NCBI GenBank assembly: GCA_964016885.1
Contig: OZ024742.1
Coordinates: 185,566,001 to 185,630,000, forward strand
DNA length: 64,000 nucleotides
Direction: 5' to 3'
From: Eledone cirrhosa
Lineage: Eukaryota
The notes beneath the pieces are model-generated. The model saw nothing but the letters and a program-made list of their open reading frames with translations. It did no database searches and was not told the DNA's origin. Positions within the stretch are counted from its first letter, which is position 1, and each line of letters starts with the position of its first letter. Of this stretch, positions 53,224-64,000 are shown in pieces. A program made the position numbers and the translations under genes.

Positions 53224-53433
53224 TATTAAAATAACAGATTAAAGTTTAAGCAAAGAATCGCTGCTTTCACCCTTAACGGGGTCTTCTGAAACTAACAAAG
53301 TCAATCTGTAAACGCAGAAGTGGATATTTCAATCCACTTCTGCGTTTACAGATTGACTTTGTTAGTTTCAGAAGATCCCGTTAAGGGTGAAAGCAGCGAT
53401 TCTTTGCTTAAACTTTAATCTGTTATTTTAATA
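53224..53433. repeat. Near-perfect palindrome (102-bp arms, 6-nt spacer) with a hammerhead-like variant
   Basis: One mismatch seen. CAGAAGA-U-CCC(GUUAA)GGG-U-GAAA at 53369. Confidence 0.85.
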
Positions 53434-53578
53434 TATATATATATACAAATTTTAGTACAGCATCAACGAAGCTTTTCCCCAGATTATAACATTACGTTTA
53501 GACAGCTTTGCAAATCAAATACAGCGACCGATAGGCTGGCCACTTAGACCATAGCGACGAAAAAAACTGAACTCAGAA

Positions 53579-53626
<48 letters not shown>

Positions 53627-53698
53627 TTATTCCGGGTTGAATCGGAGGTAACCACAGTAAGTAAGGTACCCAATACATAGCAGAGTATAACAGTTTTA

Positions 53699-53812
53699 AT
53701 ATAGAAGAGCTTCTACATGACTAGAACTGTTTCATTAGTGAGAAATCATCAGGGCTTCCTGGTGGTTTCTCACGAATGAAACAGTTCTAGTCCTGTAGAA
53801 GCTCTTCTATAT
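53699..53812. repeat. Short fold-back of two hammerhead cores; related copy at about 57100-57165
   Basis: Minus: CUGAUGA...GAAAC-AGUUCUA-GUC. Plus: CUGGUGG...GAAACAGUUCUAGUC. Confidence 0.7.
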
Positions 53813-53828
53813 ATATATATATATATAT

Positions 53829-53900
<72 letters not shown>

Positions 53901-53905
<5 letters not shown>

Positions 53906-53961
53906 TTTTTTCTGATGAGCCTGTGAGAAGCAGGTGAAACTCCAGAGTAACAAGACTCACT
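53901..53961 (+). ncRNA. Type I hammerhead ribozyme
   Basis: CUGAUGA-GCCUG(UGAGAAG)CAGGU-GAAACUC(CA)GAGUA. Triplet GUA; imperfect stem I agtgatttttt/acaagactcact. Confidence 0.75.
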
Positions 53962-54252
53962 ATTTAGCCTTAATAAAATGAATATTAAAACTATACTTAG
54001 ATATTGAATACGCTTTTCTCTCAGCTGTCAACCACATACGGATAAATATATGATGATATCACACCAGTACCGGGTGCTGTTGTAATAATTGCATAACAGC
54101 TTCACGCCGATGTCGCTGTTATAAATATGATTATGTAACATGTCTTAACGTTTATTTCATATATATATATATATACATTTATTTCATATATATATATATA
54201 CATAACTGGACTATACCTAAGTGGACTGCATTTAACTATTATTTGTTACCCC

Positions 54253-54360
<108 letters not shown>

Positions 54361-54494
54361 ATGTGTGTGTATGTGTGTTTGTGTGTAAATATATATATAT
54401 ATATATACATATATGCGAACATACATACATACATATATATATCTCCACCACATCCTCCAACTATATAACTATAACTATGATTTTGCCTCTCGGT

Positions 54495-54553
<59 letters not shown>

Positions 54554-54879
54554 AGTGAATGTGTCAGTTTGTATATAAATTGTAATTATAGAAAGCTTTA
54601 TAGTGGAATAAGATATCCACTCTGTATTCTATGTTTGTGCGTGACAATATTAATTCAGTATGAAGTGCTGTATAAAAAGAATATATCAGCCAGCACACGA
54701 GCCAACAATTGAAAGACAGTCAGATCCAATGCCAACTTATACGATTCTTCAAAGTAAGCTTAATTATGTTTATACACAATAGTAAAATCGATTATGTCAC
54801 CCTTTGTGTCGTGTAACGTATAATTAACGTCATCAAAGTAAAACACTATTAGTTAAGTCAGTGTCTGCTGTGTATAATA

Positions 54880-54944
<65 letters not shown>

Positions 54945-55046
54945 AGAGATGTCAACATGAATGGACCTGTTATTTTTATCTAAAGACATTTTTTCCAATA
55001 CCAACCCGCCCGTCATCTCAATCTATCTTATTTCTAATTCTTTCTG

Positions 55047-55075
55047 CTGATGAAAGAGTAGCGTCCGAAACGTTA
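55047..55075 (+). ncRNA. Decayed hammerhead in a pseudo-LTR-like repeat (about 54945-55230); a piece recurs inverted at 62738-62810
   Basis: CUGAUGA-AAGA(GUAGCG)UCC-GAAACGUUA. Confidence 0.5.
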
Positions 55076-55279
55076 AGACCCTCTTCCTGCTATATCAAGC
55101 GTTAACCTAATATATCCCTTCCATATACTGTACCGATTGTGTTGTTATATCTGTTTACCTTTTACAAAAGCGTGAACCTAATAAACCTTTATTTGCCTGC
55201 ATCTGTTTTGTTCCCGTATAAATTTGCACTATATATATATATACATATATATATATGTATATATATACATATATATGTA

Positions 55280-55362
<83 letters not shown>

Positions 55363-55367
<5 letters not shown>

Positions 55368-55928
55368 CAACTAGAAATTGATTGTCATATATATATATTC
55401 AAAATAAACACATGAAACAATCACAGGGGATAATTTGTAAAGTGTGTAATCACACATAGCTATGTAGGTAACTAATTAAAGTTTAACTAGAGCTTCAAAT
55501 ATTACCTTTTTAAAAAATGATTAATCCTCCTTGTATATATTTCATTAAAGAAATCACCATATTCACGCCAATGGGATGACGCTAGCATGTTGTTAGTAGT
55601 TTTAGAAATGCAACACGTGCGATGGCTCCCTCGCAGATTTACATTTGATGTGTAAACACAGATAGTTAAATCTTCCCCCTTGCTGAAGATCCAAGATTTG
55701 ACTACTGTGACTTTACGGATTAACGGTGAAATATATTTCTTTAATGAAATATATACAAGGAGGATTAATAATTTTTTAAAAAGGTAATATTTGAAGCTCT
55801 AGTTAAACTTTAATTAGTTACCTACCTAGCTATGTGTGATTACACAGTTTACAAATTATCCCCTGTGATTGTTTCATATGTTTATTTTAAATATATATAT
55901 ATATGTCAATCAATTTCTAGTTGATATA
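55363..55928. mobile_element. Fold-back element with about 190-bp inverted arms within (TA)n
   Basis: 55363-55554 is the reverse complement of about 55735-55928. Confidence 0.85.
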
Positions 55929-56021
55929 AAATACTCGGATCTATTCATTGGAATCTTTGAGCTGGATACGGTGGATATGGTGCATGTCTCGGACATGACT
56001 CCCTTAATTTAATTTAATTTA

Positions 56022-56067
<46 letters not shown>

Positions 56068-56084
56068 TCTAAAGTCTGTCTTAT

Positions 56085-56898
<814 letters not shown>

Positions 56899-57261
56899 AT
56901 GGAAATGAAATTATATCGGAATAATATCAATTTTGTCAGTTGTTGATAAACACGCCAGCAATCAGTTATAATACAAGAGTCTGGCAACACGTTAAATATT
57001 AGAACGGACCCACATTACAGGTGCAATATGTCCGAACACGAAAGAACCGAACACCCACTATCATCACCTCCATCTCTCTGTATTAAGAGCAACTATGTAT
57101 ATCTCCGAATGAAATAGTTCTAATCGTGTAGAAGCCATTTCTATATTAAACATTTATACTCTACTATGAAGTGTGGTAAGAAGCCAGGTGAACCATAAAC
57201 ACAAAACAGCCGGAGCCCAGCCGTCGGGGTCCTGACTACTTTCCTATATATATATCTATCT

Positions 57262-57806
57262 ATCTCAGGCGGGTAAAATTCCCGAGATCCATGGACGAGT
57301 TCTCTCCAGCGGTCTCTGTCCCTCATTATCGATGCCATGTCCTGCGTCTCCAACAGACCAGTGTCTGTCCTTAGGGCATCAACATACGTTAACCTTGGTC
57401 TTCCTCTTCTAGTGTATCCATGTAGGGGCTCCCAAAGGAGCACTGAGTGCAATGTCACCTCTGGATGTCGGTGAGCATGTCCAGCTAACCTCAGTCTCCG
57501 CTGGAATTGGTTGAGGACTTCCTGTATTTGGGAGCAAAGATTGGGAATACGGAAGATGATGTGGTTGAGAGGAAGTGCAAGGCCTGGGCGGCGTGCCACA
57601 GCTTGAGATCGGTGTGGAAGTCGGACCTTCGTAGAGACCTGAAAGTCCGCCTCTTCATTGCTGTAGTGGAGTCTGTGCTGCTGTATGGGTCTGAGACTGG
57701 GTGCTACAGAGAATGCTGAGGATGGCTCTGAACACTGAGGATGAAAAACTCAGAGCTGTATGGGAGCATCCCAAAAGTCAGCTCAAAAGTGACACAGAGG
57801 AGACTG

Positions 57807-57810
<4 letters not shown>
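57262..57810. mobile_element. RTE-like LINE 3' fragment with an internal inversion
   Basis: Plus 57501-57810 (VEDFLYLG...LLYGSET...QRRLR) joined to minus 57500-57262 (RRLRLAGHAHRH...RGRP...DRDRWR). Confidence 0.8.
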
Positions 57811-58151
<341 letters not shown>

Positions 58152-58330
58152 AAATGAAGCAACGGAGTAAAGGACCCGCGTTGTTCCCTATATATATAGT
58201 GAAAGAGTGAAGAATAACATGGTAGGCTGTACAAAAAGCGTTTTAGTTACAGTATTAACAATTGTTTCATTGATCAGGTGAGTCTAAAGGCCACTGATCA
58301 CTCGAAATTGCGTCACTTGACTTTAATACA

Positions 58331-58434
<104 letters not shown>

Positions 58435-58771
58435 AAAATGCTAAAGAAGGGAATAGTTGCAAGTTGTAATAAGTTATATGGTTATTAGAATGTCATGATC
58501 TTGAATTCTACAAATTACTAAGTGTTTCGTGCTAAGTAAGTGCAATGAGCAATGAGCGGAGTAAATAAACATATTATTCCGTTTTTCGAAACTGTAACAT
58601 ATCACATGATTTATGCCACTTGTATCTGATTCGGTTTCTTGTGTGTTTGCCAAACAGCATATTGATTGACTAAGATTAAGGAGGGACCACAACTAAAGAG
58701 TAGCCATACACACATGAACACCAATCAGTGACAAGTACTGGCGTAATTTGTGATCCCCTTCTCTCCTTCAC

Positions 58772-58848
<77 letters not shown>

Positions 58849-58935
58849 CTCTCTATTTCTCTTTCTTTCTCTCTCTCTCTCTCTCTAATGCTCTCTCATT
58901 GTCTCTTTTTTTCTCTCATTCTCTTTTTTCTCCCA

Positions 58936-58971
<36 letters not shown>

Positions 58972-59008
58972 AATTCCCTCTCCTTTTATCTCTCTCATTC
59001 TCTCTTTC

Positions 59009-59039
<31 letters not shown>

Positions 59040-59336
59040 CTCTCTCTTTCTCCCTCTCTCTCTCTTTCTCTCCCTCCCTTGCACATATAGATACGCACTC
59101 ACACGTCCACACACATACATAGATATACAGAAGATGCGACATTACAAAAACAAACAACAAACAAATCAAGCAGTTTGATTATTGTTTGGAGTTGGCAATA
59201 AACAACAACCTAACTGCGAACGTCAGCATACTAATATCTATCTATCTAGCCATCTACCTATGTATTTATGTCTCTATTTGTCTTTCCTCCTCCTCGCTCG
59301 CTCTCTCTCCCTCTCTCTCTCTATATATATATACAT

Positions 59337-59516
59337 AGCGGTGGATTGGCAGTGTCGGTAGAGGGTCGGACGCCATGCTTTCCAGCATAGTTACGTCCCT
59401 TTACGATCTGAGTTCAAATCCCGCCGAGGTTGACTTAGTCTTTCATCCTTACGGGGTCGATAAAATAAAGTACCAGTAATGCACTGGGTAATTGCTGGCC
59501 TTGTGCCTAAAGTAGA

Positions 59517-59520
<4 letters not shown>
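59337..59520 (+). mobile_element. SINE
   Basis: Full-length copy of the abundant family. Confidence 0.85.
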
Positions 59521-59564
<44 letters not shown>

Positions 59565-59567
<3 letters not shown>

Positions 59568-60355
59568 GGTGCGGACGATATTTGTTCACAAGATTACTGT
59601 CTAGTAAAAAGTAACACAGTAGTTTTATTTTTTAAGATATATGTATCAAACTTGGGTCAGTTTGTCTTCATGACTTGTTCTTTCGATCTCACTCGATAAA
59701 CCCGCCATTGGCTTTGATGACGGCCTCAAGGCGGCCTCGGAACCGGCTACAGGTCTTCGACACTGTCCCCCGACTTAGGCCCCTAAAGGCACTTGTGATC
59801 CTGGCCTTCAGATCGTCTTTCGTATTGCAGCTAGATCTGTTGGTGTCTCCTTCCACTGCGCCCCACACAAAGAAGTCGAGGGGGTTGCATTCAGGCGATC
59901 TGGGAGGTCAGATGTCAGGTGAAGTGTGGTCGACGAAGTTCTCTGACAGCCAGGCTTGGGTCTTTCGGCTGGTATGGCATGGCGCTGAGTCTTGCTGCCA
60001 CACGTACGGCCTACCTGCAGCTACCTGGTCGATTTAGGGCTTTACTACCTTGCCCAGAACGTTGATGTAGCCATCGGTGTTCAACTTGAGGCACTCAGGG
60101 GAAAAGTGAGGTGGCATGACGTCACCTTGACTGCTGACGACACCTAAGACCAATGTTGTCGCTGGAAACTTTGTCTGCATGACTCTGGGCACGTCCTTGG
60201 ATGAGACAGCGAGCCACCTGTTGTTCTGGGAGTTGATCTTCTGGTCTTGACAGAAGGTTTTTACGTCGGAGAAAAACCACAGCATGTCTGGCTCCAGTGG
60301 GTGTTTCAACTTGTTGATCAGCTTCTTTGCGTGCTTCAGTCGCTTTTCTTGCATT
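59565..60355 (-). mobile_element. Tc1/mariner transposase fragment (DDD domain) with one terminus
   Basis: WFFSD.KTF, WQQDSAPCHT, PPRSPECNPLDF; terminus TA|CAGGGTG at 59565. Confidence 0.8.
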
Positions 60356-60454
60356 CTTTATTCTATGTCCATACCTGCATTGTTTTGGCTTTATTATACA
60401 TATACAAACGTTTATATCTCATTACACAATGCTTCAAGTGAACTATAACTTCCT

Positions 60455-60536
<82 letters not shown>

Positions 60537-60985
60537 ATATTATATATATATATATTATGTCATATCGCCCTCGAGCGTTACAGTTAACATGTAACCCAGT
60601 TAAGCCTGTGACAGTGCGGTAGAACTTAGGAGAGTCGATGGCCATCCAAGACGGGTTGACAGAGCTCGTTAGACTTGGTTGGCAATATGTATAGAATGAT
60701 CACTGATTTCAAAACCGAGGTAGATGGGACTTCTTAGTTACTTATGTGAGAACCTTTCATGTAGCCAACGGTTTCATGTTTGTGATGAAGGCAGTTTCTG
60801 AGTAATAGTCGAACAAGAATTCGGGACCCACTGTTGTCAATTTTTTCCCGATGAGAGTCATGGACCCCGACGATGGGAAGAGACCAAACCAGACTTGACT
60901 GATACGTTATTTTCTCGAACCCAGAAGCCTGAAAGGCAAAAAGTTTTACGTAACATCGTCATGTCTTTGTATACGCTCTCCTTAG

Positions 60986-61038
<53 letters not shown>

Positions 61039-61132
61039 AACAGCCTTTCAAAATGGCTAACTACAACACATGCTTTCTTTCTTGTCTTAATTTTCCTGAC
61101 AATTTTTAACCCTAATCCTAAAGCCATGTATA

Positions 61133-61208
<76 letters not shown>

Positions 61209-61239
61209 CATATATGTGTGTGTGTGTGTGTGTGTGTGC

Positions 61240-61333
<94 letters not shown>

Positions 61334-61772
61334 GTGTGTGTGTGTATTTGTGTTCGTATGTAAGTGTGTGTGAGCAAGTGTGAGAGTGTCCGCGAAAACA
61401 CGACCAATGATTATGTTAGCATAAGTTGTATATATCCAATCTATAAATACACCTATGAGTGTTTCCATAATAGTTTGGCCTTTCTTGTATGATATATAAA
61501 TCCTTTTTGCGTGACACATATGTCTACATGAAGGGATTTTACCATTACAGTCCAAAAGGTCATTAGAGTCTCTAGAAATTCTTGAGAGCAACTTTTATTT
61601 AGATATTTTTGTTAACTTACATATACGGTCTAATTCAGTTGTCGGAGAACTGAAAATAGTTCAGTAAATCAGCTTGAGAATTATTTTCTCTTAACAACGT
61701 TGAACTTTAACAAGGTACAGTGCTAGACGTGGATTAGTCTTTCAATATGTAATGCAATATGTAAAAAATGTG

Positions 61773-61870
<98 letters not shown>

Positions 61871-62437
61871 GTAGAGAGAGAGTATGGGTAAGATATTATT
61901 AATTGAAATTGTAAGACCATCATTCAGCTTAGTACTCCATACTTTAAGGAAAGTATACAGAATATATCATCATAAGACAGATAATGCCCCACGGTCAAGC
62001 TTAAACCTTTCGATGGTGAAATAGAGAATTAAAATTAAATAGTGTGTATTTATTGCTGCGAATGTCCACTTCGTCTGAGTGGAATTACATTTTGATTGAT
62101 AGGTGATGAAGGGACATTTGAGAAGCAGAAGAAGAAAGCAACGATAAAAATAAAAATAAAACATGAATATACCCGTAAATAAAATCACATTGCTTCTATA
62201 AATATATGTTAGCTACTTTTTCCCATATATAAAGAAGCCGAAAATATTCGGCTTCTCTAAAAGAAAATTAGCCTCCTGATTTTTTTGTAACAAGAAATTC
62301 TCCCTGCATACATTTCGCCAATATTGATTATAGTTTTTTTTTCATGTTTTCTTCTCAGCTTCAGAAAATCCCTCATTAACAGAAATTATTTGCTTAAACT
62401 TTTAACTTGTGGTAATAATATATATATATAATCGTTG

Positions 62438-62473
<36 letters not shown>

Positions 62474-62645
62474 TTATTCCGGCTCTGTATTATACTTGTT
62501 ATTTTACATCGAGCTATTCTCATACTGGATAATATTAATATTACCCATATTATTTATATATATGTATATATATATATATATGTGTGTGTGTGTATATATA
62601 TATATATGTGTGTATATATATATATATATATGTATGTATATATAT

Positions 62646-62739
<94 letters not shown>

Positions 62740-62807
62740 GTAAAAGGTAAACAGAAATAACAACACAATCGGTACAGTATATGGAAGGGATATATTAGGT
62801 TAACGCT

Positions 62808-62854
<47 letters not shown>

Positions 62855-63239
62855 GTATGTATATATTAATACAATTATATATATATACACAGAGAGAGAC
62901 CGGGAGAGAGAAGATTTGATAATGTTGTATCCATAATTTCTTATGAGTGCCTGCTGTATATAAATTGAGAAAACAACACCATACTTCAGGATCTAGCATA
63001 TAAAAACATCGAAATAACAGAAGTAAACCTTTTTCCATCATTACATTTTTCTGTTCAAATTCTAGCTGTCTGGTGAGGTCATAGCTGTTGCATAATGGTT
63101 ATCACCGAAATATATATAACAGTGAACATGAATAAAAAGAAGTTAATTTTAACCTGTTGACTTACACTTCTTGTTTATGGGCGGTGCCCCAGCATGGCCT
63201 CAGCCGGATGGCTGAAACAGGTAAAAGAGTAAAAGAGTA

Positions 63240-63338
<99 letters not shown>

Positions 63339-63519
63339 CGTGCGCGCGCAATTTCACCAATATAAGCGAGTAAGGCCACTTCGTAATACCTCACTATAGG
63401 AAAGCCCTCCTCTTTAATAATGATTTCTAGAATAGGCACAATCCCAGTAATTTTGGGAGAGGGGAAAGTCAATAAAATCGACCACAGAACGTTACTGGTG
63501 CTTTATTTTATGAACCCTT

Positions 63520-64000
63520 AATAAGGACTCCTGGATAAAGAAAACCACTAACAATGATCTATTCGATGTGCCGATGGGACCATTTGACGGTGCTTATATA
63601 TGCGATATGGTGGGCCTTTTTATCTTAGACACGCTACGTAAGAAATACCCTGATTTCCATACGGGCCTATATCGTGATGATGGTTTGACACTATCGAGCC
63701 ATAAAGTGGCCATGACCACGACACTTTTAGCAAAGAAACCTGATTACTACCTTCAAGAACCATGGAATAAAAATTTACAACCTCTACCAACCTCACCAGT
63801 GTTAACTTCCTAGACGTTAATTTAGACCTATATACATGCACATATAGACCATTCTACAAACCCAGTGAAATACTTAGGTATATTCATAAGGACTCTAGCT
63901 ACCACTTTAATCTTTTTAAATCTCATTAATAACATCTGTTCTAGCAAAGTCATCTTTGACAAAGCAGTCTCCTACTACAACTCAGCTCTAAGCAATAGTG
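63520..64000 (+). pseudogene. Decayed PLE RT fragment related to PLE-2
   Basis: FDVPMGPFDGAYICDMVG...GLYRDDGL, then NFLDV in a shifted frame. Confidence 0.8.

Noticed and set aside
58274-58321. Hammerhead-like gagt...actc-gaaattgcgtc
   Set aside because: The CUGANGA box is missing; at best a remnant.

Overview
AT-rich, microsatellite-saturated eukaryotic DNA. The repeat repertoire looks like an octopus/cephalopod genome (inference from SINE style). Almost all of it is mobile DNA: two Penelope-like elements (PLEs; RT + GIY-YIG) with inverted pseudo-LTRs plus a third fragment, one near full-length and several partial Tx1-type LINEs, R4/Dong-like RLE retroelements, an RTE-like fragment with a 5' inversion, a Tc1/mariner fragment, non-autonomous Helitron-like elements and many tRNA-headed SINEs. 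One probable host exon lies at 14433-14580 (minus; tentatively ceramide-kinase-like). The main result is a near-identical 310-bp tandem array (8221-11132) that flips orientation midway and carries an intact type I hammerhead ribozyme in each complete unit. It looks like a retrozyme inserted in (TA)n with the same head-to-head geometry as the PLEs. Several other small fold-back elements, some with intact or decayed hammerhead cores, share this layout. Each retroelement family also appears tied to its own microsatellite. All calls were made by eye; no database search or folding program was run, and coordinates of decayed elements are approximate.
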